The position numbers and the translations under genes are program-made. Shown here piece by piece: positions 50,299 to 63,772 of a DNA stretch of 64,000 nt; positions within the stretch are counted from its first letter, which is position 1, and each line of letters starts with the position of its first letter. The stretch is from the NCBI RefSeq assembly GCF_002571385.2, contig NW_019218034.1:66451-130450 (forward strand). Reading direction: 5' to 3'. Below the pieces are notes generated by a model. It ran no database searches, was not told the DNA's origin, and saw only the letters and a program-made list of their open reading frames with translations. The stretch is from Stylophora pistillata (taxonomy: Eukaryota).

Positions 50299-50714
50299 AC
50301 TCCTGGTGGCACATCTGTTTCTTAATGATTGTCAATGGTAAACGCAAACTGTGAGCTGTCCTTACCTTGCAGCAGATATTTTTTGTCTTCCTTTGATATT
50401 TTCCCAAATTAAGCTGGCAGTTCGGACACAAGTCCTCCCCATGCCACATCTTGGAAACGTTTCCTTAGAAACGGTACGAGACAGCAACCCCCAAAACATC
50501 CCCGAAAACACAGCGCCACTGCAAAGAGTAAAGTCAGCTTACCAGCCTTCTACGTCACCGTAGTCATCACGGGATTCTTGCAAGAGCCACAGAATGTGCA
50601 GAGGGACTCATCCTTAAAATCTTCGCGATCATCGACGATGAAAGAAGAGATGTGGAGTTGTGGAATATCCAGTGCATTTTCACCATCACTGTCGGCCTTG
50701 CTGGCCAAGTTTCG
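50299..50714 (-). pseudogene. Disrupted LITAF-domain (CXXC-hydrophobic-CXXC) gene
   Basis: Minus strand reads FKDESLCTFCGSCKNPVMTTVT*KAGKLTLLFAVALCFRGCFGGCCLVPFLRKRFQDV, then after a frameshift near 50433-50443 LCPNCQLNLGKYQR. TAG at 50552-50550 falls where LITAF domains often have Tyr. AG acceptor at 50716-50715; possible first exon 51440-51390. Confidence 0.8.
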
Positions 50715-50959
50715 CTAAGATACTATTTCGGAATCAATAATTAAAGATTACGTGGTGATTTTTATATAAGCGAAAAATTTACCATAGAATAATGGTGTGG
50801 TGAAATAAACACTTTAAAATCTGACATGCGAATTTTAAATCGCACGTTAGATTTAACAATGATAAAAACTGCTCAACACCAAAGAAGACTCATTTAGTTT
50901 TGGTTGTACCTCTTTCAATGGGATCGTGACATACGCTTACTGCTTAAATGCCTTCATGG

Positions 50960-51260
50960 CCAGTGCCCCGAGTATCCGGCTGTCAAATAAACTGACACGG
51001 ACTAGTGATATTTCTGTGAAGCAGTCGAGGCGTGGAAACACAACCCTGAGATGCCCGAAATGCTCGCGTGAAACAGAGGGAGGAAGGACTTTTGCAGTCG
51101 CGGTAGTGAAAGAATGGAACAAACTCCTTATTAACATTAGATCTAGTCCGGCAGAATGTTATACTTTTTATGAAAAACGTGAATTATCTTAAGGAATCTA
51201 TTCGTCCACAAAGGTCCAAAACCTTCGCTGACATATTCACTCATTACAGTTTCTGTAATG
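50960..51260 (+). mobile_element. Short LINE 3' fragment
   Basis: CPKCSRETEGGRTFAV..KEWNKL resembles an L2/Crack-type ORF2 end. Confidence 0.65.
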
Positions 51261-51624
51261 TAAGTGTAATTTAAGGTTCTGCAGCTACGAAATACCTTGT
51301 ATTTTGAGCTAGACGTTTTAAGTACAGTGTACCGTTCTTTTGATCGCAGTGCCAGTATTACAATATCTGAATTATTATCGTTATCGTACAAGGCAAATCT
51401 TGGCGTCATGACGAGCTGGGTTATTTTTAGTGGGATGCATCTTGTAGAGGGTTCTGGAGAAATAACAGCTTTTTAAGAAAAGCCTTAAAAGAGCAAACCA
51501 GGAGGACAAGTAAAGTTTTAGAAAATTGAAACGGAGAGTATGGAACAGGATTGATATTTTAATTTTGGGCGTCAGTTTTTGTCATAGAACGTGACAAGGT
51601 AGCAGCACTTGCGTGACGGCTAAC

Positions 51625-51638
51625 GCTAACATGGAAAC
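51625..51638. promoter_or_regulatory. Candidate RFX X-box upstream of DNAAF2
   Basis: GCTAACATGGAAAC ~125 bp before the ATG, with a second half-site CCTGGTAAC nearby. Confidence 0.45.
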
Positions 51639-51760
51639 TGCAGAGACCTGGTAACTAACTGCTTGCATTGACTTGGCTACTAAGCTTGTTTGGAGAAACA
51701 AACTGTTAAACAAAAACTCACGGAACTGAAGCATTTATACCTGGATTATATGCTTTCAAA

Positions 51761-54700
51761 ATGTCTCAGGCCAACGGTAATAAAGAATTTAGCATGACAA
51801 AAGAGGTGAGACAGTTCTTGAGAATGTATCGAGGAGAGTGAGACTGTCATGTTCAGTTTTTGCTTATTGAATATTGAAAAAACAATTTGTTTGCTCATCA
51901 ATGATGTTTAGCCATTAGAGCATGTCGTCACTGACCCAAACCTTTTCCAGTCGTTTTCTTCCTAATTTAAAATTTTAGGTGGGATTTTAACGCTCTTTGT
52001 GGAAATTCAACCTCCTCTTTGAAGCTGAAGTTAGTGTTGAATATTTACCAGATTTTACGTGACGTTAAAAGAATAATTTGGCCCTTCAGGTTTTCAGCAT
52101 GAAACACGGGGTTGACTTGCTGCAGGAGATATTGGACAAAGTGATCGTGGACTCGACTTTACTTTTCAACCTTCTTGACGTAAACAATGGGGAGGTTTAG
52201 ACCTTTCAAATGCTAAAATTATCTCCCATCGTGGGTGATCCTTTTAATTTGTGGTCTGCATGTAACATTTCTCCTTTGCCGTTCTGTTTTTTTTTCTTTT
52301 TTAATTAATTTTTATTTTATTTTAAAAAACACATATACCATTCAATGATAAAACTTTGTACACTAACAGGAAATTGTTGGTGTCAGTAGGTGATGTTAGT
52401 TCAATAGTGACCTTAAATATATACATTAAACTTTGAAGCTCATTTAAGTAACGTTAAATCCATGAGCCCAAGGATAGTTGTAAAACATTTGCAGTATGAA
52501 CCAGGTCCTAAGTTTTATCCAGCAGCACTTTTTTTCGTTTTTCTCACAGTTGTAAAAAAGATAGCCTTTCTAGCCCCATACAAGAAATGAAATGAGCTCT
52601 TTTTACCTTCATTTTCAAACTCCCTGAGGAGGTTTTTTTCATCAAATTAAAAAAAGTCAGTGGGATATATCAGCATAATTTTATAAAGTAGACAAATTCT
52701 GATGCTTTGTGCTACTCATGAGTAATTTCTTGAAGAAATTTTAGAATGAAAAGCCAGAAGAAAACAAGAAGCTTGTGAGACTTCTGGTGTGTGATTTAAC
52801 AGAAAATCATTGCACCTTGTTGCCAAAGACTTCACATGGTGTATTGTTTTATGGGGTTCTTGCTCATTTCTTAACCAGCAGGTAGATTTTTTTTTTTAAA
52901 CTATGGGAGTTTGAGGCATCATTTGCCTAATATGTTTTTGTCGTGTCCTTTTTGTTATAGGCTATGTAGCAATTGGCAAGCTTTTCTGAATTAAACAATG
53001 TCTTTAAATGTTTCATGGTCCTCAACACTTCTCTCTTGTCCAATTTTGCTGTATGCATTGATGTCTTTGACGCTTGTCAAGTGTTTTCTTCTTCAGGAGA
53101 CCTCTTTGAGCTAATAAAATTTTCTTTCAGGAACTTGATAAATTTGAAAAAGCTCTGAAAGATGAAGAGTTTCGAAAATTGCTTGTGGAATATGCTCAAG
53201 AGATATCAGATCCAGAAAACAAGAAGGTTAGTTTGTGGTATCATAAGAGTACTCTTCTCATAAAATGCTACATTTGTAATTTAATTTTAATCTAATTTTA
53301 GTGTTCCAGGTAGTGCAAAGTGTAGTAGAAGTATGTGAGGCTTTAATTTTTTTTTTGTTATATAAACTGTGGTGTTTTATAACAATTTCCAGTCCTGAGA
53401 GAAGGCATAACTATACACCTGTAAAACTGTGATAATTTTTTTTGTTAACATATTGATATGGCCAATTAGCTGCTGACACATCACTCAACTTTTGTGTACT
53501 TCTGTCTGGTTGATGATTAAATGACAAAGCATTCACCATTACCAATCCAAGGTCGTTTGCAAAATTTTCTTGTCATTAGAGGCCTATGGTGTGGATACAA
53601 TTAACAGAACAATACGTGGCTGCTTATAATAATGAATTTTTTTCTTCTTGTGTTCAATACATAATCTTACTTATTCACTGAACTCACTCATACCCCTATA
53701 TACTATTTTCTATTTACCTAATGTACCATGTAATAGCAATGTAATGTGCTGCCTTGCCCATTGATGATGATGAACTTTATTCATGTGTCAATTATAAAAT
53801 AGCAGTAATAAAACCACTAAGTAAGGACACAACAGGTAATTTAGATAAAATAATAAATAACTAAGTATTAATATACAATTAAATAGCATAAAATATAGGA
53901 ATGAATAGCATAAAATTTGTGGTCAGCAGAATCAGGCTAGGGGACCTTAAGACATGGGGGGGGGGGAGGAATAGTCTGAGCCTAACTAAGATATAACTAA
54001 GAATCATGCACTGCAAACCAAGCAGCCCACACAACCACCATCGTCCATTAACATTTCCAAATCCATTCCTCTAACTGCCCTCTTAAAACCCGCATTTCCC
54101 GCTTTTACCTCATTATATGATGTAGATTTTGCTATGAGCACATTCCACTATTCCATATTTGTTTCAGGAAACCAAGTTAGGGATAGAAATATGAAAAATT
54201 GTCACCCTCCTACACACAAATTTTACAAATATTATTCTGACTTGTAGAAATATGAAGAAGAAATAGCACAGATGGAGAAGATGAGAGGAATGGATGTGAA
54301 GTTTGTTAATCCTGAGGTACACGTTTGAAAATTGTTGCTATATTCATTTGATTGTTTGATTCATCTCTTGAAATCATTCAAGACATAGAGGACTTTATTC
54401 TTAGCTTTTTATTTCACTTTAGTTATTAAAAATCTTTGAGCGGCATATTTCAGGATCTGTTAAGGATAAAAGACACATCCTCTGGTTTTGTTAGGGACAC
54501 AAGGATTTTTATAGTTATGAAAGACTTTGCTGGGATTTTGAAAGTATCTCAACTTGGACTAAAAAAACTTGGAATTCTAATGCTATAAAATGATGTTATT
54601 TTTCCTGCTGCAGTACCTTGTATAATTATATATTTTAATTTTAATTTAATTTATTAGATTCGCCGACAGGTAGGGACACCACAACAGCTTGCGCCAATTA

Positions 54701-54892
54701 CTGCGGGCCCAGTAAACCCACCCACCCCATCCCAGGGGAGGACATCTACCACACAGTAATCTCATATGTGGGAAATGAATGTCTCCTACCCCTAACCCTG
54801 CAGGAGATGGGGCCTACGGTTTACTTGTCCCTATCCGAGAAGACTAGAATATCTATCCATTTCTTGATATAAAGAAAGGTACCAAATTCTCT

Positions 54893-54925
<33 letters not shown>

Positions 54926-57900
54926 CTGGGGCTTGAACCCTCAACCTCCCGCACAACAGTCTGGCGCTCTACCAATTGAGCTAATCAGGAGGTGGATACA
55001 GTACTGTATCTTAAAACTAAGACTGAAGAGGAAATCTAGAATCATTAGAGGCTTGAATTTGGTATATAGCAGTGTATACACATCTAGAATTATTACAAGA
55101 ATCATGTTTTTAAGCCAAGCAAGCCAAAAAGTACCACAAGCCAACAAAAGTGTGGTGTGATAAGTTTTTCATGCATTGAAATTTCAATTTTGCATTTTGT
55201 TAACAGGGTGGTTATGTTGTAAAAACAAGAGATCTTGGTAGTAATGTCAAAGCATTTGTCAACATTTGCATGAATCAACATATTGGACAAGCATCTTCAC
55301 AATATACTGAAAGAGAAGAGAATGGAAAGAAGTAAGTAGTTTGCATTTTACATTTCTTTAATGTAAGAAACCTGATTAGTTATGTCCAGTAACATCCATG
55401 TGGTTTATACTTGAACCTCAGATAAGAGAGTTATGTGTCTCTTGGAATAGAGTTTTTCGCTTAATTTGTGTTCAACTGACAGAATACAAGGGCTATGGTC
55501 TGAGAATTAATTTTAGTCAAGATAAAAATGTGTGTTCCTTGAATAGAGTTGTCCTATCGAGGTGGCTAATGCCAAGTTGAAATTAACACACTACTTGGAA
55601 CTTGTTCATTGTGCACAAAGGTTGGATGTTTGGATTCTCTACTTTTCTTCAAGCCTGTACATTCTGTTACCATTCCATCTTATATATTAAACTGTCATTG
55701 TCGCCTCTACTGATATAATTAACATGTGACTAACGACAAGGCCTTTGATTTTCATAGAACTGACAGATATAGTGTTGTAGACTTTTGAGTTTTCGAGTAT
55801 GTTTTTTGTTATGTTAGGGCGACCTTTTGTAATTCATACTTGGATGTTTGTGCAGAGCTCTAACTGATGCCATTCTTAACTTTTTTCCAATGTAGGAGAG
55901 CTGGTCATCAGTGGAACATTCCGTACAGCTTATCACAACCAAGAGAGGATGTTGACAGAGGTATGGTGTGGAAGAATGTTTCCATGAAGCCCAGCTGAAG
56001 AGTTTTATGTCTTTATTTCTTGAACTTATCTTTATAAATACTTATTAAGGTTCACTTGATGTTTAAACTCAAGTCTTTTATTTTTCACTTGGTGACAATC
56101 ATTTGTGTGTCAGATTTTAGACATGATTCCCTGAATTAAAAGGAGAACTTGAAAAAATTGACAAGGCAACATTTTATAGTATTTTCATGTGTGTAGAGAG
56201 AAATGAAGCAGATCCAGTTCTTCATTATTAAGTGTGGTGTATCAAACTAACTGCCAGTCTTAGGAAAAGAGTTTGAACAAAACTTTTGTGTTGTTGTCCG
56301 TAGAAATGAACTTCTTAAATGTACTTGTATGTGATTTGACACTTGTAGCTGGCAAGCACTGTACTGTGTATGATGCCGTATTCCACCCAGACACTTACAA
56401 GAAAGGTCAAGAGGTATGATTTCAAGAGCTCTTAATGACGTCAAACTGTTTTTTGACATCTTTGTCTCAGTGATCCAAGACTGTCAAATCATAGATAAAG
56501 GTGACAAATATCCAGTGCTTTCATCCAATAAATTGACATCAAACTGTTTTTTGACATCTTTGTCTCAGTGATCCAAGATTGTCAGATCATAGATAAAGGT
56601 GACAAACATCCAGTGCTTTCATCCAACAAATATGAATTTTTTCTTACAATTCCCTTGTAGCTCATAAAACATTCTATTCACATATGAAGCTTTGTAAGGA
56701 AAAACCAATTTGACTCTTTATCAAAACTCCTAATTGATTAATTAAAGACAATGCTGAGATGTTTGCTATTTGATAGGGCCCACGATAAAACTGCAGGGAG
56801 TTTGTTGAAAGAGAAAAGGCCACTTTCATTAATCATAAATGAGAAAACAGAGTTTGATTTATTTAATTTAATAGCTTTCGCCAACTGGCAGGGACACCAC
56901 AACAGCTTGCGCCGATTACTGCAGGCCCAATAAACCCACCCATCCCACCCCAGGGGAGGACATCCATCACACAGTAATCTCGTGTGTGGGAAATTAACGT
57001 CTCCTACCCCAACCCTGCAGGAGACGGGGCCTCCATTTATTCGTCCCTATCCGAGAAGACTAGAATATCTAACCATTTCTTGATGTTATAGAAAGGCAGC
57101 AAATTCTTCTCAATTATTTTAAGGCCCTGAGTGTTGGTCCGGCCGGGACTCGAACCCTTGACCTCCCGCACAACAGTCCAATGCTCTATCCATTGAGCTA
57201 ACAATTTTATATATTAATTAGGACAAGAGGTTTAAACAGTTGATGATTGACACTGCTATAGATGGAATACTGCGAGAGTTTAAAGCAAAACTGGACAAGA
57301 AAAGTAAGTAGATTTAACATCACATTGAGGATGCTGGGACTGACTTTTAGCAAATGTAATTATGATATCGTTATAAAATATTATTTCATGATTGCCATTA
57401 ATTTTTGTTTCCTCCAAAACAAAGCTCATTTATTTTGTCTTCAGGTTGAGCTATTTACATGCAGGGGTATAGTAACCAAATGAAAATTTTTTGTGACCTG
57501 TAATACTGTACATCGTTTAGACCTTAAATTCCCAAAGATGACATTCAAGGGAGTTAAACAGTCTACAATTATAAGGACCAAGACAAATGAGGTATACCAC
57601 ATTATTGTCAATTTTAATCGTCAACTAAATGTTAGCATAATCATGGCTGTTCAAATGGCTTTATCTACTTTAATTGATATTGTAGAGTCTTACAATGCTA
57701 AGATATTACTGTAATTTATCAAACTTTTTTATTCCTTTTCTCAGAGGGAAACACTGTCAATGACAACGATATAAGAATGTGTTAGTCAATATCATTATGA
57801 AAAGATATATACTTCTGAAATATTAGTAGCATATTAACATGTGGTAGTTTCCAAAATATATTTTGACTCACAGTACTCCTCTGTTTAGGTGCCTAAAGAC

Positions 57901-60900
57901 TCAGCTGAGTTGATGTTTGGTGGTGAAAAATTTCCGTATCCCTATAGTGATGAACCAAAAGTTGTGACAAAGGAGAAAAAACCAACAGTCAAGGATGGGC
58001 AGAGACATAAAAAGAAGACGGATGATCCCAGTGTACCAGAGTTTAGAATTGTACATCGAGGGCTTATTGATCTTCAGAACTTCACAAATGCAAGGTGCTG
58101 CTATGATCAACATTATTTTATAATTGCCAATGGAATACTACACAAAGTTATACTACTTTTTCTAGAAATTTGATTTGCAACTTTTTATTTGAAATTGAGG
58201 TAAGAAAATGTTCAGTTCCTGTAGTAAAATGTGCATAAGAATTTCAAAGAACACTGTCACCTGGGAAAGTTGAAAAAAAATTAATACGTTATGGCTTGCA
58301 TATGCTCCTACCATTATCCTCATTTCCCATTTTGCCACCTTTCCTGGGGAGGTCAAAATTCTTGTGTAGACTTTGTGGAAGAGATCAGTTACATTACATA
58401 CTACCATCCTAATAAATCCTTGTCATAATTTGAATTCAGGGATTCTAATCCTACCACAAGACCTAAAGAACTTGTTGTCTACATTGACTTGCCACTGTTG
58501 GTAAGTTACATGACTGTGCGCATTAGTAGTTCATTAGATTTAACCCACAATGCTCACATGACTGTCTGAGTGTATATCTCACATTTCATAACAAAAAAAA
58601 ACTATGCTATGTTGCCACATGTAAGCTTTTTTTTTTTTTTTTTATCTGTAGGAGTCTGCTGCACATTTGGAGTTAGATATTCTTGAGAAACAGCTGGTGT
58701 TGGTTTGTGAAAAGCCTCATTACAATTTAGACATATCCTTATGAGTTACATGATATCATTAGTCTGAGATAGGCCTTGTTAATTGAAAAGCTACTGTTTC
58801 AGTCCTTGCAAAAGTTCAAGATTATAGGGAATGCAGTAGACATTATTGGTTGTACAAATTCATTTGTTAGGAGTTGTATTTGCACTGATAAGAAACACAG
58901 GCCTCAAGAGTCATTCACCAAGGCTAAGTGGAGAGGTTGGGTTCATAGCCTTGACCATTCATTGTGTTGTTTTAGTGGGACCCTTGCCTCTCACCTTGTG
59001 TCTTTCCACCCAGTTGTTTTACTTGGATTCATGCAAATTGTTGGAAGGCTTGATAAATTGTTAGGAGGTTACTTGCACCAAATTAGCATCTCATGCAACT
59101 GGCAGCAAAGATAAACAGTACAACTCTCTCAGTAATGAGGGCTTGAAGTCTGAAGACTTAACCAATCACATCCATGTTATACAGCTGGAAAACAGTGATT
59201 GTTGCCTTAACATGATACACATAGCACTGCCTTATCCAATTGATGAAGAAAAGGGATCAGCTAAATTTGACAAAAGCAAAAGACAGCTGACTGTTACTTT
59301 ACCTGTATTACCAGCCACAGATATTTCTCAAATGGTAGGTATCTTTATCTTTCTGTTCAGCAGTATACTAGAATGTTTAAGGAGGATCTATGTACTGGTG
59401 AATCCTGGGCATAGTGAGGTTCACAGAAACGGCATAATACCTTCATTGAAATCAGAAAATATGTTCACCCAAGGAATGTTCCCTGGTTGATCACCTTTCT
59501 GATTTTAATGTTTAACTCTTCAACTTGCTAATTATGTATGAGATAATTAATACTCACTGTATAATTTGTTATTTGGGTCACATGGATGCCCCTTGATACC
59601 CTGATTAAGAACAGATGAGCAAGCTTTTTTGTTTACCCAAACATGGTGATCATTATAATCTGTAAACAGACTCCCAAGCTTGAATAAAGGAAATTTTTTC
59701 TCTTGTGAAGCTTGCCAGTTTGGGAAAACATCAACAGCCTACTTATCTTAGTTTGTACTGTGCCCTTCACAGCTTTTAACATTTTAGGAAATACACTTTG
59801 ACATAATTTCAAAATCAGTAGAAAATTTTTTTGCCCCCAGTCCCCATTTACTTCAAGCTCTGGTAATGAGCATAACAACAGAGGGTGGGAGAAAAAGTAA
59901 GAAAACTATACAGCGTTTACAATTGCCCACCTCTTTTTCAGAACTTGTTGTAATTGTTTTCCTTTAGGATATGGGAATTGTTGCAGACCAAGTAGAAGAT
60001 GAGGTACAACCAAATTCACTGCAATTAAGCAATCAAGATGTAGAACCTTTTTCTGGAGAACTTCAACAGCCTAAAGGTGATTCTGTGGAGCAAAGTTTGA
60101 AGGTTAATAACAGAAAGTTGTCCGATGAGAGTAATGAAGAGAATAAAGTATTGCACATATGTGGCGTGGAAGATGAAACAGACATTCGGTTTCAGCTACC
60201 AAGCTCGTCTTCAGGTATGTCTCTTCAACAACAACAACAACAGCATTTATTTAGACACGATAAAATATTCAGCAAAAACAGCAATGTGGTCTTCTTAATT
60301 AAGGACCTATCTGAGCTGTAATATGGGATTTCCAAGTCTTACATCCAACAACATTTACTATGCATTGCCTTTAAATCAAGTTACAGAATTTAGTGTTACA
60401 TCAAACACCCTCTTAATTGATGATTTTTTCTGTCTTCTCAATGTCTTTTTGCTAGACTTTGTGGGGCTATTGTAGAAAAGAATTATATGTGAATCACTTG
60501 TAATGGTCAGAGGTTTCAAATTTTTCCACAGAAGTCAAAATAGGAAAATTTTCAGTTCATTTTTATTTGTGAATGGTTTTATCCTCCTTGTGAAAGGGAG
60601 ACGAAGATTTTATTGGAAGTTTTTTGGAACCTCTATCAAGGGTTAGGACTTTTCTACCCAGTTAAACTTACACACCACCCCCCAAAAAAATTAATCCAAT
60701 AATGAAATAAAATGCTCTGATAACCTATCCACCATCCTTTTATCAAATCTGGAACAATGATATACAAGAACAATGATAATTTTTTGTTTTTGTTTGCTTT
60801 TTTTTTTCAGAGCTCTGCTCTCCTTGTTTCTTTACCACTCCACCTTACAGATACCACCAGCATGATGATGTCATCACATTCATTATTGATGTCCAAAATA

Positions 60901-61861
60901 TTGCACTTGACTCAGTCTCATTGGGATTCAAAAAGAATAAGGTCAGTACCCTAAGTATTCTTGTTTGTTATGTACTGTAGAACAAAGCTGTCTTTTGGTC
61001 AGGAGTTGAAACCAGGCAACTTGAAAAAAACTCATTATCAGCCATGGTATATATTGACCTAAACTTGCTAACACCCTATCAAAGGGAGTGGTTGTGTCAA
61101 GTGTGAGAAAGAAGGAAAAATTGAAGTTTTAACAGACCCCTAATATCGTTTCACTATGTCAGGTTAAACAACTTTGAAGGTCAGAAAATAGGGAATTACC
61201 TGTATATTTTGATTCATTAGTTTGATTCATATAAATACTGAAAAAGTTACTCCTACTTTGAATGCTGATGTCAGGGACAGGCACTCAAATACTCTAGCAA
61301 CATATCCAAGGGACTACCAACATCCATGGTAGCTTTTGAATTATGTTTTAGGAATAAACAGGTTTTCATTAAGGATTGTGGGGTCTGGAAAATAGTGTGT
61401 AGTGACAGGCAAATATTCTTCATGTCTGAATCCAAAATAGCTGAGGCCTCCAAAATTGAGCAGGAGAATTTTGTGTTTAGCTGGAGAATTCTCCATTTCA
61501 GATGGAGAAATCCTTATTCCTGATTCCTAATGAACTCTCTGAAATAGGATAATACCGGTTTTTTTTTTCCACAATCCCCATGTATGACTAGGAATGTGAC
61601 AACTTAAAGTTTTCAACTTTATTGACTTATTACCTTGTTTAGGCATACATAAGCTTCCCATCTGGTAAGTCTCACCCAGGAGAGCTACCTGCACCAGAGT
61701 ACGCCTTGTATCTGCAGTTTCCAGATGATCATAACCTTGATTCAGATCTCTGTAACATTGACGTCAATGAGGAGAACCTCGTTTTGAACCTTTACAAACA
61801 GGAATCCTGCAAGGGGATGTGGGATAGTTTTGAGGCAGGTTCAGGAGAAGAAAGTTTAAAA
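51761..61861 (+). CDS. DNAAF2: Protein kintoun, dynein axonemal assembly factor 2 (PIH1 + CS domains); partial, continues past the window
   Basis: Exons 51761-51805, 53131-53226, 54248-54316, 55207-55331, 55896-55960, 56349-56413, 57222-57303, 57521-57591, 57889-58094, 58440-58500, 58652-58732, 59221-59334, 59968-60214, 60811-60941, 61643-61861 (559 codons, open). Motifs FRKLLVEYAQEISDPENKKKYEEEI, WNIPYSL, VYDAVFHP, RPKELVVYIDLPLL, LPYPIDEEKGSAKFDKSKRQLTVTLPV. Confidence 0.93.
54640..54990 (-). mobile_element. tRNA-derived SINE, tail type 3
   Basis: Reverse-complement copy; tail shared with 56855-57202; ends in TTAAA-like repeats. Confidence 0.85.
56436..56631. repeat. 98-bp tandem duplication in DNAAF2 intron 6
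   Basis: TGAC(G/A)TCAAACTGTTTTTTGAC... at 56436 and 56534. Confidence 0.9.
56855..57202 (-). mobile_element. tRNA-derived SINE, tail type 3, ending ~19 nt before the DNAAF2 exon 7 acceptor
   Basis: Close match to 20630-20900 in head and core; tail as 54655-54716. Confidence 0.88.
58733..59220 (+). other. U12-type (minor spliceosome) AT-AC intron of DNAAF2
   Basis: Donor ATATCCTT (58733-58740); branch point CCTTAAC (59205-59211); terminal AC (59219-59220). Splicing gives in-frame KPHYNLD|IALPYPID. Confidence 0.93.
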
Positions 61862-61899
61862 GTGAGTATATCAACTGATTCTATTTAATTCATTTTATG

Positions 61900-63002
61900 G
61901 GCTGCAAAGATATATTAAATACCTAGGGGTCTATATTGGCAAGCATCTTAACTGGCAGTCTCAAATACAACATATAAACAATAAGATGATAAAAAATATT
62001 GGAATACTTACAAAACTAAGGTATAACTTGAACCTCAGAATACTCAAACAAATGATTATACTATGCATTAATCTATCCATATCTAAGTTATGGTAAAATA
62101 GTATGGGGCTGTGCTTATGAAACCCAATTGAATTACCTCCAAGTTAATCAGAACAAATGCCTCCGAAGAATCTTCTTTGCACATACTAGGGAGTGTCCTG
62201 ATCCATACTATAAACTCTTAGAAATTCTTAAACTAGAAAACATATATGAACTCAGATTGTGCTGCATTATACATAAAATTGTGAATAAAGCTGATAGCAT
62301 TCCAGATATCATCTCTGATGTCCTAACCTCAGCATCTAGCATACATAGATATGATACAAGATTCACAAATGAATTCAATTTTTTTAGAATGCACATATCA
62401 ACTAATTCTGGCAAAATGTCTTTCATGTATGCTGGACCCAAGATATGGGAATCTGTGCCACTTGAAATTAAGTGTCTCTCTTTTACTTCCTTTAAAAAAG
62501 AATGGAAGCGTCATCTCTTGGTTGGTCAAAGTTGAATTCACTACTGGTTTGATGCTAGATAAAGTAACTCAGTTCTCTTGCTCCTAAACTGTAGGAATTA
62601 AACAACAAATCTTAACTCACTTTATTTACCCTACATAATTTGCATTAATCGCCTCATTCTTTCTTTTTATTTCTCATTTTTTTTCCTTCTTTTAACTTAA
62701 TTGAATTTTTATTTACTTATTTACTTATTTCTCTTTTCTCTTTGTTTACAATATTAATAGTGTATAAATACCTTGGTTAGTGTAAATATAGAATTTAAGT
62801 GAAGTAAGTCTTGTGTAAATGTTCACATACACCAGTTAATTACACGTGACAGTGGCCAACTTGAAAGCTTAAGCTCCTTTGGTCACTGTGCACATTTTAT
62901 ATATAATTTACTGTTCATATAATTATATTCTGACTTTTGTAATCTATAGCAATCTCTACTGTAACCTCTCGAAATAGTGCGAATAAAAATGAATGAATGA
63001 AT
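61900..63002 (+). mobile_element. 5'-truncated LINE 3' end in a DNAAF2 intron
   Basis: KYLGV...YPYLSYG..VWG..LQVNQNKCLR..GPKIWESVP; AATAAA plus (GAAT)n tail. Confidence 0.88.
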
Positions 63003-63389
63003 TGGCTAGGTTTGCTAACCAATTGCTGGATGGCACTGAAACACTCCATAAGCTCATTGGTCACTAGGCTTTTTTTCATTTTTGAACTTTCGTTTCTATT
63101 TTTGATTTTGTTTTTGTTTTTGTGGTGTGGGTTGGTATGTCATTAATCTGATTGTTAGTACAGTCCACTGCTTTGTCAATGTGGGTAGTCACATTTTGGC
63201 ACAAGTGGGTGTGGCTTTCACCCAGCCAGTTAATTTTAATTTTTGATCAGATGGTGGCCTTGCAATTACCTTGCTCATTGTTGGCTTAGAAATGTTAGTT
63301 TCAAGGTGATTCAATGTAGTGGCAACTAGTTTTGAGCAGTTTCAATGGTAGTATTCATTAATTGCTGTAAATGAAAGTGTAGGTACTTC

Positions 63390-63707
63390 ATCTGGGATAT
63401 TTGGGTGGTGCAGGAAATTATATTTTGTCTCTACCGTCTACAAAAACTACTACTAATGGTCTTCACTCCTTTTCATATAATTATGGCTTCAAAACTATGG
63501 AACTCTCTTCTGGACTCTTTTAGAACGTCTGACTTTTCTGATTTCAAGCGCAAGATTCTACAGTATGACTCTTTCTCATAGTTAAATTTTAGAATGTTAC
63601 AATTTTACATTTTACATTTTAGTTGTATTTAGAATTATACTTGTAACTCGAAGATACCAGCTTATTCTTTAGCTACTCCAAATTCGAGATTAAATAAAGT
63701 ATATGAC

Positions 63708-63751
<44 letters not shown>

Positions 63752-63772
63752 TATGTATGTATGTATGTATGT
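63390..63772 (+). repeat. Short LINE 3' end with (GT)n/(ATGT)n microsatellite tail
   Basis: GLHSFSY..SKLWNSL remnant; AATAAA ~63693; microsatellite 63710-63772. Confidence 0.7.
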
